Source of the DNA: the human T2T-CHM13v2.0 reference genome, Homo sapiens
Length of the DNA stretch: 64,000 bases
Strand: one strand, 5' to 3'
Assembly (NCBI RefSeq): GCF_009914755.1
Contig: NC_060927.1
Below, in pieces: positions 48,331 to 63,400 of this stretch. The notes beneath the pieces were generated by a model, which did not search any database, was not told where the DNA came from, and saw only the letters and a list, made by a program, of their open reading frames with translations. The stretch's first letter is position 1. Each line of letters starts with the position of its first letter. A program made the translations under genes and the position numbers.

Positions 48331-51300
48331 AGTACACAAACTATAAATTATATCCTGTACATAAAATATGAAATTACATCAAATATATATTAGGTACATA
48401 AAATATGAAAGTACATCAAATATAGATTATATACTGTACATTAAGTGCCAAAGTACACCAAATATATATTTTATTCTGTACATAAAATATCAAAGTACAC
48501 CAGATATATATTCTATAGTGTACATAAAATATCAAAGTACCCAAACTATACATTATATACTGTACATAAAATATGAAATTACAGCAAATATATATTATAT
48601 TAGGTACATAAAATATGAAAGTACATCAAATATAGATTATATACTCTACATTAAATACCAAAGTACCCCAAATATATATTTTATACTGTACATGAAATAT
48701 CAAAGTTCACAATCTATATATTATATACTGTACATAAAATATCAATGTACCCAAGGTATATATTCTATACTGCACAAAAAATATCAAAGTACCCAAAGCA
48801 TGTATTATATACTGTATATAAAATATGAAAGTACATCAAATATATATTTTATTGTGTACATAAAATATCAAAGTACACCAGATATATATTCTATAGTGTA
48901 CATAAAATATCAAAGTACCCAAACTATACATTATATACTGTACATAAAATATGAAATTACATCAAATATATATTATATTAGGTACATAAAATACGAAAGT
49001 ACATCAAATATAGATTATATACTGTACATAAAATATGAAAGTACCCCAATATATATTATATACTCTACATGAAATATCAAAGTTCAAAAACTATATATTA
49101 TGTACTGTACATAAAATATCAAAGTACCCAAGGTATATATTCTATACTGTACAAAAAATATCAAAGTACCCAAAGCATGTATTATATAATGTACATAAAA
49201 TATGAAAGTACATCAAATATATATATTATTCTGTACATAAAATATCAAAGAACACCAGATATATATTCTATAGTGTACATAAAATATCAAAGTACCCAAA
49301 CTATACATTATATACTGTACATAAAATATGAAATTACCTCAAATATATATTATATTAGGTACATAAAATATGAAAGTACATCAAATATAGATTATATACT
49401 GTAAATATAATATCAATGTACCCCAAATATATATTTTATACTCTACATGAAATATCAAAGTTCACAAACCATATATTATATACTGTACATAAAATATCAA
49501 AGTACCCAAGGTATATATTCTATACTGTACAAAAAATATCAAAGTACCCAAAGCATGTATTATATACTGTACATAAAATATGGAAGTACATCAAATATAT
49601 ATTTTATTCTGTACATAAAATATCAAAGTACACCAGATATATATTCTATAGTGTACATAAAATATCAAAGTACCCAAACTATACATTATATACTGTACAT
49701 AAAATATGAAATTACATCAAATATATATTATATTAGGTACATAAAATATGAAAGTACATCAAATATAGATTATATACTGTAAATATAATATCAATGTACC
49801 CCAAATATATATTTTATACTCTACATGAAATATCAAAGTTCACAAACCATATATTATATACTGTACATAAAATATCAAAGTACCCAAGGTATATATTCTA
49901 TACTGTACAAAAAATATCAAAGTACCCAAAGCATGTATTATATACTATACCTAAAATATGAAAGTACATCAAATATATATTTTATTCTGTACATAAAATA
50001 TCAAAGTACACCAGATATATATTCTACAGTGTACATAAAATATCAAAGTACCCAAACTATACATTATATACTGTACATAAAATATGAAATTACATCAAAT
50101 ATATATTATATTAGGTACATAAAATACGAAAGTACATCAAATATAGATTATATACTGTACATAAAATATCAAAGTACCCCAATATATATTATATACTGTA
50201 CATGAAATATCAAAGTTCACAAACTATATATTATGTACTGTACATAAAATATCAAAGTACCCAAGGTATATATTCTATACTGTACAAAAAATATCAAAGT
50301 ACCCAAAGCATGTATTATATAATGTACATAAAATATGAAAGTACATCAAATATATATTTTATTCTGTACATAAAATATCAAAGTACACCAGATATATATT
50401 CTATAGCGTACATAAAATATCAAAGTACACAAACTATACATTATATACTGTACATAAAATATGAAATTACATCAAATATATATTATATTAGGTAAATGAA
50501 ATATGAAAGTACATCAAATATAGATTATATACTGTACATAAAATATGAAAGTACCCCAAATATATATTATATACTCTACATGAAATATCAAAGTTCACAA
50601 ACTATATATTATATACTGTACATAAAATATCAAAGTACCCAAGGTATATATTCTATACTGTACAAAAAATATCAAAGTATCCAAAGCATGTATTATATAC
50701 TGTATATAAAATATGAAAGTACATCAAATATATATTTTATTCTGTACATAAAATATCAAAGTACACCAGATATATATTCTATAGCGTACATAAAATATCA
50801 AAGTACACAAACTGTACATTATATACTGTACATAAAATATGAAATTACATCAAATATATATTATATTAGGTACATAAAATATGAAAGTACATCAAATATA
50901 GATTATATACTGTAAATATAATATCAATGTACCCCAAATATATATTTTATACTCTACATGAAATATCAAAGTTCACAAACCATATATTATATACTGTACA
51001 TAAAATATCAAAGTACCCAAGGTATATATTCTAAACTGTACAAAAAATATCAAAGTACCCAAAGCATGTATTATATACTGTACATAAAATAGGAAAGTAC
51101 ATCAAATATATATTTTATTCTGTACATAAAATATCAAAGTACACCAGATATATATTCTATAGTGTACATAAAATATCAAAGTACCCAAACTATACATTAT
51201 ATACTGTACATAAAATATGAAATTACATCAAATATATATTATATTAGGTAAATGAAATATGAAAGTACATCAAATATAGATTATATACTGTACATAAAAT

Positions 51301-54300
51301 ATGAAAGTACCCCAAATATATATTATATACTCTACATGAAATATCAAAGTTCACAAACTATATATTATATACTGTACATAAAATATCAAAGTACCCAAGG
51401 TATATATTCTATACTGTAGAAAAAATATCAAAGTACCCAAAGCATGTATTATATACTGTATATAAAATATGAAAGTACATCAAATATATATTTTATTCTG
51501 TACATAAAATATCAAAGTACACCAGATATATATTCTACAGTGTACATAAAATATCAAAGTACCCAAACTATACATTATATACTGTACATAAAATATGAAA
51601 TTACAGCAAATATATATTATATTAGGTACATAAAATATGAAAGTACATCAAATATAGATTATATACTCTACATTAAATACCAAAGTACCCCAAATATATA
51701 TTTTATACTGTACATGAAATATCAAAGTTCACAAACTATATATTATATACTGTACATAAAATATCAATGTACCCAAGGTATATATTCTATACTGCACAAA
51801 AAATATCAAAGTACCCAAAGCATGTATTATATACTGTATATAAAATATGAAAGTACATCAAATATATATTTTATTCTGTACATAAAATATCAAAGTACAC
51901 CAGATATATATTCTATAGCGTACATAAAATATCAAAGTACACAAACTATACATTATATACTGTACATAAAATATGAAATTACATCAAATATATATTATAT
52001 TAGGTAAATGAAATATGAAAGTACATCAAATATAGATTATATACTGTACATAAAATATGAAAGTACCCCAAATATATATTATATACTCTACATGAAATAT
52101 CAAAGTTCACAAACTATATATTATATACTGTACATAAAATATCAAAGTACCCAAGGTATATATTCTATACTGTACAAAAAATATCAAAGTATCCAAAGCA
52201 TGTATTATATACTGTGTATAAAATATGAAAGTACATCAAATATATATTTTATTCTGTACATAAAATATCAAAGTACACCAGATATATATTCTATAGCGTA
52301 CATAAAATATCAAAGTACACAAACTATACATTATATACTGTACATAAAATATGAAATTACATCAAATATATATTATATTAGGTACATAAAATATGAAAGT
52401 ACATCAAATATAGATTATATACTGTACATATAATATCAATGTACCCCAAATATATATTTTATACTCTACATGAAATATCAAAGTTCACAAACCATATATT
52501 ATATACTGTACATAAAATATCAAAGTACCCAAGGTATATATTCTATACTGTACAAAAAATATCAAAGTACCCAAAGCATGTATTATATACTGTACATAAA
52601 ATATGAAAGTACATCAAATATATATTTTATTCTGTACATAAAGTATCAAAGTACACCAGATATATATTCTATAGTGTACATAAAATATCAAAGTACCCAA
52701 ACTATACATTATATACTGTACATAAAATATGAAATTACAGCAAATATATATTATATTAGGTACATAAAATATGAAAGTACATCAAATATAGATTATATAC
52801 TGTACATTAAATACCAAAGTACCCCAAATATATATTTTATACTGTACATGAAATATCAAAGTTCACAAACTATATATTATATACTGTACATAAAATATCA
52901 ATGTACCCAAGGTATATATTCTATACTGCACAAAAAATATCAAAGTACCCAAAGCATGTATTATATACTGTATATAAAATATGAAAGTACATCAAATATA
53001 TATTTTATTCTGTACATAAAATATCAAAGTACACCAGATATATATTCTATAGTGTACATAAAATATCAAAGTACCCAAACTATACATTATATACTGTACA
53101 TAAAATATGAAATTACATCAAATATATATTATATTAGGTACATAAAATACGAAAGTACATCAAATATAGATTATATACTGTACATAAAATATGAAAGTAC
53201 CCCAATATATATTATATACTCTACATGAAATATCAAAGTTCACAAACTATATATTATGTACTGTACATAAAATATCAAACTACCCAAGGTATATATTCTA
53301 TACTGTACAAAAAATATCAAAGTACCCAAAGCATGTATTATATAATGTACATAAAATATGAAAGTACATCAAATATATATTTTATTCTGTACATAAAATA
53401 TCAAAGAACACCAGATATATATTCTATAGTGTACATAAAATATCAAAGTACCCAAACTATACATTATATACTGTACATAAAATATGAAATTACAGCAAAT
53501 ATATATTATATTAGGTACATAAAATATGAAAGTACATCAAATATAGATTATATACTGTACATTAAATACCAAAGTACCCCAAATATATATTTTATACTGT
53601 ACATGAAATATCAAAGTTCACAAACTATATATTATATACTGTACATAAAATATCAATGTACCCAAGGTATATATTCTATACTGCACAAAAAATATCAAAG
53701 TACCCAAAGCATGTATTATATACTGTATATAAAATATGAAAGTACATCAAATATATATTTTATTCTGTACATAAAATATCAAAGTACACCAGATATATAT
53801 TCTATAGTGTACATAAAATAACAAAGTACACAAACTATAAATTATATCCTGTACATAAAATATGAAATTACATCAAATATATATTAGGTACATAAAATAT
53901 GAAAGTACATCAAATATAGATTATATACTGTACATTAAGTACCAAAGTACACCAAATATATATTTTATTCTGTACATAAAATATCAAAGTACACCAGATA
54001 TATATTCTATAGTGTACATAAAATATCAAAGTACCCAAACTATACATTATATACTGTACATAAAATATGAAATTACATCAAATATATATTATATTAGGTA
54101 AATGAAATATGAAAGTACATCAAATATAGATTATATACTGTACATGAAATATGAAAGTACCCCAAATATATATTATATACTCTACATGAAATATCAAAGT
54201 TCACAAACTATATATTATATACTGTACATAAAATATCAAAGTACCCAAGGTATATATTCTATACTGTACAAAAAATATCAAAGTATCCAAAGCATGTATT

Positions 54301-55696
54301 ATATACTGTATATAAAATATGAAAGTACATCAAATATATATTTTATTCTGTACATAAAATATCAAAGTACACCAGATATATATTCTATAGTGTATATAAA
54401 ATATCAAAGTCCCCAAACTATACATTATATACTGTACATAAAATATGAAATTACAGCAAATATATATTATATTAGGTACATAAAATATGAAAGTACATCA
54501 AATATAGATTATATACTCTACATTAAATACCAAAGTACCCCAAATATATATTTTATACTGTACATGAAATATCAAAGTTCACAAACTATATATTATATAC
54601 TGTACATAAAATATCAATGTACCCAAGGTATATATTCTATACTGCACAAAAAATATCAAAGTACCCAAAGCATGTATTATATACTGTATATAAAATATGA
54701 AAGTACATCAAATATATATTTTATTCTGTACATAAAATATCAAAGTACACCAGATATATATTCTATAGTGTACATAAAATATCAAAGTACCCAAACTATA
54801 CATTATATACTGTACATAAAATATGAAATTACATCAAATATATATTATATTAGGTACATAAAATACGAAAGTACATCAAATATAGATTATATACTGTACA
54901 TAAAATATGAAAGTACCCCAATATATATTATATACTCTACATGAAATATCAAAGTTCACAAACTATATATCATGTACTGTACATAAAATATCAAACTACC
55001 CAAGGTATATATTCTATACTGTACAAAAAATATCAAAGTACCCAAAGCATGTATTATATAATGTACATAAAATATCAAAGTACATCAAATATATATTTTA
55101 TTCTGTACATAAAATATCAAAGAACACCAGATATATATTCTATAGTGTACATAAAATATCAAAGTACCCAAACTATACATTATATACTGTACATAAAATA
55201 TGAAATTACATCAAATATATATTATATTAGGTACATAAAATATGAAAGTACATCAAATATAGATTATATACTGTAAATATAATATCAATGTACCCCAAAT
55301 ATATATTTTATACTCTACATGAAATATCAAAGTTCACAAACCATATATTATATACTGTACATAAAATATCAAAGTACCCAAGGTATATATTCTATACCGT
55401 ACAAAAAATATCAAAGTACCCAAAGCATGTATTATATACTGTACATAAAATATGAAAGTACATCAAATATATATTTTATTCTGTACATAAAATATCAAAG
55501 AACACCAGATATATATTCTATAGTGTACATAAAATATCAAAGTACCCAAACTATACATTATATACTGTACATAAAATATGAAATTACATCAAATATATAT
55601 TATATTAGGTACATAAAATATGAAAGTACATCAAATATAGATTATATACTGTAAATATAATATCAATGTACCCCAAATATATATTTTATACTCTAC

Positions 55697-57420
55697 ATGA
55701 AATATCAAAGTTCACAAACCATATATTATATACTGTACATAAAATATCAAAGTACCCAAGGTATATATTCTATACCGTACAAAAAATATCAAAGTACCCA
55801 AAGCATGTATTATATACTGTACATAAAATATGAAAGTACATCAAATATATATTTTATTCTGTACATAAAATATCAAAGTACACCAGATATATATTCTATA
55901 GTGTACATAAAATATCAAAGTACCCAAACTATACATTATATACTGTACATAAAATATGAAATTACATCAAATATATATTATATTAGGTAAATGAAATATG
56001 AAAGTACATCAAATATAGATTATGTACTGTACATAAAATATGAAAGTACCCCAAATATATATTATATACTCTACATGAAATATCAAAGTTCACAAACTAT
56101 ATATTATATACTGTCCATAAAATATCAAAGTACCCAAGGTATATATTTTATACTGTACAAAAAATATCAAAGTACCCAAAGCATGTATTATATACTATAC
56201 CTAAAATATGAAAGTACATCAAATATATATTTTATTCTGTACATAAAATATCAAAGTACACCAGATATATATACTATAGTGTACATAAAATATCAAAGTA
56301 CCCAAACTATACATTATACACTGCACATAAAATATGAAATTACATCAAATATATATTAGGTACATAAAATATGAAAGTACATCAAATATAGATTATATAC
56401 TGTAAATATAATATCAATGTACCCCAAATATATATTTTATACTCTACATGAAATATCAAAGTTCACAAACCATATATTATATACTGTACATAAAATATCA
56501 AAGTACCCAAGGTATATATTCTATACTGTACAAAAAATATCAAAGTACCCAAAGCATGTATTATATACTGTACATAAAATATGAAAGTACATCAAATATA
56601 TATTTTATTCTGTACATAAAATATCAAAGTACACCAGATATATATTCTATAGTGTACATAAAATATCAAAGTACCCAAACTATACATTATATACTGTACA
56701 TAAAATATGAAATTACATCAAATATATATTATATTAGGTAAATGAAATATGAAAGTACATCAAATATAGATTATATACTGTACATAAAATATGAAAGTAC
56801 CCCAAATATATATTATATACTCTACATGAAATATCAAAGTTCACAAACTATATATTATATACTGTCCATAAAATATCAAAGTACCCAAGGTATATATTTT
56901 ATACTGTACAAAAAATATCAAAGTACCCAAAGCATGTATTATATACTATACCTAAAATATGAAAGTACATCAAATATATATTTTATTCTGTACATAAAAT
57001 ATCAAAGTACACCAGATATATATACTATAGTGTACATAAAATATCAAAGTACCCAAACTATACATTATACACTGCACATAAAATATGAAATTACATCAAA
57101 TATATATTAGGTACATAAAATATGAAAGTACATCAAATATAGATTATATACTGTAAATATAATATCAATGTACCCCAAATATATATTTTATACTCTACAT
57201 GAAATATCAAAGTTCACAAACCATATATTATATACTGTACATAAAATATCAAAGTACCCAAGGTATATATTCTATACTGTACAAAAAATATCAAAGTACC
57301 CAAAGCATGTATTATATACTGTACATAAAATATGAAAGTACATCAAATATATATTTTATTCTGTACATAAAATATCAAAGTACACCAGATATATATTCTA
57401 TAGTGTACATAAAATAACAA
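55697..57420 (+). repeat. Second 751-bp HOR-dimer tandem repeat (paralogue of 46607-48330)
   Basis: ORF starts 55697/56448/57199 and 55991/56742, with the same markers. Confidence 0.85.
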
Positions 57421-60400
57421 AGTACACAAACTATAAATTATATCCTGTACATAAAATATGAAATTACATCAAATATATATTAGGTACATAAAATATGAAA
57501 GTACATCAAATATAGATTATATACTGTACATTAAGTGCCAAAGTACACCAAATATATATTTTATTCTGTACATAAAATATCAAAGTACACCAGATATATA
57601 TTCTATAGTGTACATAAAATATCAAAGTACCCAAACTATACATTATATACTGTACATAAAATATGAAATTACAGCAAATATATATTATATTAGGTACATA
57701 AAATATGAAAGTACATCAAATATAGATTATATACTCTACATTAAATACCAAAGTACCCCAAATATATATTTTATACTGTACATGAAATATCAAAGTTCAC
57801 AAACTATATATTATATACTGTACATAAAATATCAATGTACCCAAGGTATATATTCTATACTGCACAAAAAATATCAAAGTACCCAAAGCATGTATTATAT
57901 ACTGTATATAAAATATGAAAGTACATCAAATATATATTTTATTCTGTACATAAAATATCAAAGTACACCAGATATATATTCTATAGTGTACATAAAATAT
58001 CAAAGTACCCAAACTATACATTATATACTGTACATAAAATATGAAATTACATCAAATATATATTATATTAGGTACATAAAATACGAAAGTACATCAAATA
58101 TAGATTATATACTGTACATAAAATATGAAAGTACCCCAATATATATTATATACTCTACATGAAATATCAAAGTTCACAAACTATATATTATGTACTGTAC
58201 ATAAAATATCAAACTACCCAAGGTATATATTCTATACTGTACAAAAAATATCAAAGTACCCAAAGCATGTATTATATAATGTACATAAAATATGAAAGTA
58301 CATCAAATATATATTTTATTCTGTACATAAAATATCAAAGAACACCAGATATATATTCTATAGTGTACATAAAATATCAAAGTACCCAAACTATACATTA
58401 TATACTGTACATAAAATATGAAATTACCTCAAATATATATTATATTAGGTACATAAAATATGAAAGTACATCAAATATAGATTATATACTGTAAATATAA
58501 TATCAATGTACCCCAAATATATATTTTATACTCTACATGAAATATCAAAGTTCACAAACCATATATTATATACTGTACATAAAATATCAAAGTACCCAAG
58601 GTATATATTCTATACTGTACAAAAAATATCAAAGTACCCAAAGCATGTATTATATACTGTACATAAAATATGAAAGTACATCAAATATATATTTTATTCT
58701 GTACATAAAATATCAAAGTACACCAGATATATATTCTATAGTGTACATAAAATATCAAAGTACCCAAACTATACATTATATACTGTACATAAAATATGAA
58801 ATTACATCAAATATATATTATATTAGGTACATAAAATATGAAAGTACATCAAATATAGATTATATACTGTAAATATAATATCAATGTACCCCAAATATAT
58901 ATTTTATACTCTACATGAAATATCAAAGTTCACAAACCATATATTATATACTGTACATAAAATATCAAAGTACCCAAGGTATATATTCTATACTGTACAA
59001 AAAATATCAAAGTACCCAAAGCATGTATTATATACTATACCTAAAATATGAAAGTACATCAAATATATATTTTATTCTGTACATAAAATATCAAAGTACA
59101 CCAGATATATATTCTACAGTGTACATAAAATATCAAAGTACCCAAACTATACATTATATACTGTACATAAAATATGAAATTACATCAAATATATATTATA
59201 TTAGGTACATAAAATACGAAAGTACATCAAATATAGATTATATACTGTACATAAAATATCAAAGTACCCCAATATATATTATATACTGTACATGAAATAT
59301 CAAAGTTCACAAACTATATATTATGTACTGTACATAAAATATCAAAGTACCCAAGGTATATATTCTATACTGTACAAAAAATATCAAAGTACCCAAAGCA
59401 TGTATTATATAATGTACATAAAATATGAAAGTACATCAAATATATATTTTATTCTGTACATAAAATATCAAAGTACACCAGATATATATTCTATAGCGTA
59501 CATAAAATATCAAAGTACACAAACTATACATTATATACTGTACATAAAATATGAAATTACATCAAATATATATTATATTAGGTAAATGAAATATGAAAGT
59601 ACATCAAATATAGATTATATACTGTACATAAAATATGAAAGTACCCCAAATATATATTATATACTCTACATGAAATATCAAAGTTCACAAACTATATATT
59701 ATATACTGTACATAAAATATCAAAGTACCCAAGGTATATATTCTATACTGTACAAAAAATATCAAAGTATCCAAAGCATGTATTATATACTGTATATAAA
59801 ATATGAAAGTACATCAAATATATATTTTATTCTGTACATAAAATATCAAAGTACACCAGATATATATTCTATAGCGTACATAAAATATCAAAGTACACAA
59901 ACTGTACATTATATACTGTACATAAAATATGAAATTACATCAAATATATATTATATTAGGTACATAAAATATGAAAGTACATCAAATATAGATTATATAC
60001 TGTAAATATAATATCAATGTACCCGAAATATATATTTTATTCTCTACATGAAATATCAAAGTTCACAAACCATATATTATATACTGTACATAAAATATCA
60101 AAGTACCCAAGGTATATATTCTAAACTGTACAAAAAATATCAAAGTACCCAAAGCATGTATTATATACTGTATATATAAAATATGAAAGTACATCAAATA
60201 TATATTTTATTCTGTACATAAAATATCAAAGTACACCAGATATATATTCTATAGTGTACATAAAATATCAAAGTACCCAAACTATACATTATATACTGTA
60301 CATAAAATATGAAATTACATCAAATATATATTATATTAGGTAAATGAAATATGAAAGTACATCAAATATAGATTATATACTGTACATAAAATATGAAAGT

Positions 60401-63400
60401 ACCCCAAATATATATTATATACTCTACATGAAATATCAAAGTTCACAAACTATATATTATATACTGTCCATAAAATATCAAAGTACCCAAGGTATATATT
60501 TTATACTGTACAAAAAATATCAAAGTACCCAAAGCATGTATTATATACTATACCTAAAATATGAAAGTACATCAAATATATATTTTATTCTGTACATAAA
60601 ATATCAAAGTACACCAGATATATATACTATAGTGTACATAAAATATCAAAGTACCCAAACTATACATTATACACTGCACATAAAATATGAAATTACATCA
60701 AATATATATTAGGTACATAAAATATGAAAGTACATCAAATATAGATTATATACTGTAAATATAATATCAATGTACCCCAAATATATATTTTATACTCTAC
60801 ATGAAATATCAAAGTTCACAAACCATATATTATATACTGTACATAAAATATCAAAGTACCCAAGGTATATATTCTATACTGTACAAAAAATATCAAAGTA
60901 CCCAAAGCATGTATTATATACTGTACATAAAATATGAAAGTACATCAAATATATATTTTATTCTGTACATAAAATATCAAAGTACACCAGATATATATTC
61001 TATAGTGTACATAAAATAACAAAGTACACAAACTATAAATTATATCCTGTACATAAAATATGAAATTACATCAAATATATATTAGGTACATAAAATATGA
61101 AAGTACATCAAATATAGATTATATACTGTACATTAAGTGCCAAAGTACACCAAATATATATTTTATTCTGTACATAAAATATCAAAGTACACCAGATATA
61201 TATTCTATAGTGTACATAAAATATCAAAGTACCCAAACTATACATTATATACTGTACATAAAATATGAAATTACAGCAAATATATATTATATTAGGTACA
61301 TAAAATATGAAAGTACATCAAATATAGATTATATACTCTACATTAAATACCAAAGTACCCCAAATATATATTTTATACTGTACATGAAATATCAAAGTTC
61401 ACAAACTATATATTATATACTGTATATAAAATATCAATGTACCCAAGGTATATATTCTATACTGCACAAAAAATATCAAAGTACCCAAAGCATGTATTAT
61501 ATACTGTATATAAAATATGAAAGTACATCAAATATATATTTTATTCTGTACATAAAATATCAAAGTACACCAGATATATATTCTATAGTGTACATAAAAT
61601 ATCAAAGTACCCAAACTATACATTATATACTGTACATAAAATATGAAATTACATCAAATATATATTATATTAGGTACATAAAATACGAAAGTACATCAAA
61701 TATAGATTATATACTGTACATAAAATATGAAAGTACCCCAATATATATTATATACTCTACATGAAATATCAAAGTTCACAAACTATATATTATGTACTGT
61801 ACATAAAATATCAAACTACCCAAGGTATATATTCTATACTGTACAAAAAATATCAAAGTACCCAAAGCATGTATTATATAATGTACATAAAATATGAAAG
61901 TACATCAAATATATATTTTATTCTGTACATAAAATATCAAAGAACACCAGATATATATTCTATAGTGTACATAAAATATCAAAGTACCCAAACTATACAT
62001 TATATACTGTACATAAAATATGAAATTACCTCAAATATATATTATATTAGGTACATAAAATATGAAAGTACATCAAATATAGATTATATACTGTAAATAT
62101 AATATCAATGTACCCCAAATATATATTTTATACTCTACATGAAATATCAAAGTTCACAAACCATATATTATATACTGTACATAAAATATCAAAGTACCCA
62201 AGGTATATATTCTATACTGTACAAAAAATATCAAAGTACCCAAAGCATGTATTATATACTGTACATAAAATATGAAAGTACATCAAATATATATTTTATT
62301 CTGTACATAAAATATCAAAGTACACCAGATATATATTCTATAGTGTACATAAAATATCAAAGTACCCAAACTATACATTATATACTGTACATAAAATATG
62401 AAATTACATCAAATATATATTATATTAGGTACATAAAATATGAAAGTACATCAAATATAGATTATATACTGTAAATATAATATCAATGTACCCCAAATAT
62501 ATATTTTATACTCTACATGAAATATCAAAGTTCACAAACCATATATTATATACTGTACATAAAATATCAAAGTACCCAAGGTATATATTCTATACTGTAC
62601 AAAAAATATCAAAGTACCCAAAGCATGTATTATATACTATACCTAAAATATGAAAGTACATCAAATATATATTTTATTCTGTACATAAAATATCAAAGTA
62701 CACCAGATATATATTCTACAGTGTACATAAAATATCAAAGTACCCAAACTATACATTATATACTGTACATAAAATATGAAATTACATCAAATATATATTA
62801 TATTAGGTACATAAAATACGAAAGTACATCAAATATAGATTATATACTGTACATAAAATATCAAAGTACCCCAATATATATTATATACTGTACATGAAAT
62901 ATCAAAGTTCACAAACTATATATTATGTACTGTACATAAAATATCAAAGTACCCAAGGTATATATTCTATACTGTACAAAAAATATCAAAGTACCCAAAG
63001 CATGTATTATATAATGTACATAAAATATGAAAGTACATCAAATATATATTTTATTCTGTACATAAAATATCAAAGTACACCAGATATATATTCTATAGCG
63101 TACATAAAATATCAAAGTACACAAACTATACATTATATACTGTACATAAAATATGAAATTACATCAAATATATATTATATTAGGTAAATGAAATATGAAA
63201 GTACATCAAATATAGATTATATACTGTACATAAAATATGAAAGTACCCCAAATATATATTATATACTCTACATGAAATATCAAAGTTCACAAACTATATA
63301 TTATATACTGTACATAAAATATCAAAGTACCCAAGGTATATATTCTATACTGTACAAAAAATATCAAAGTATCCAAAGCATGTATTATATACTGTATATA

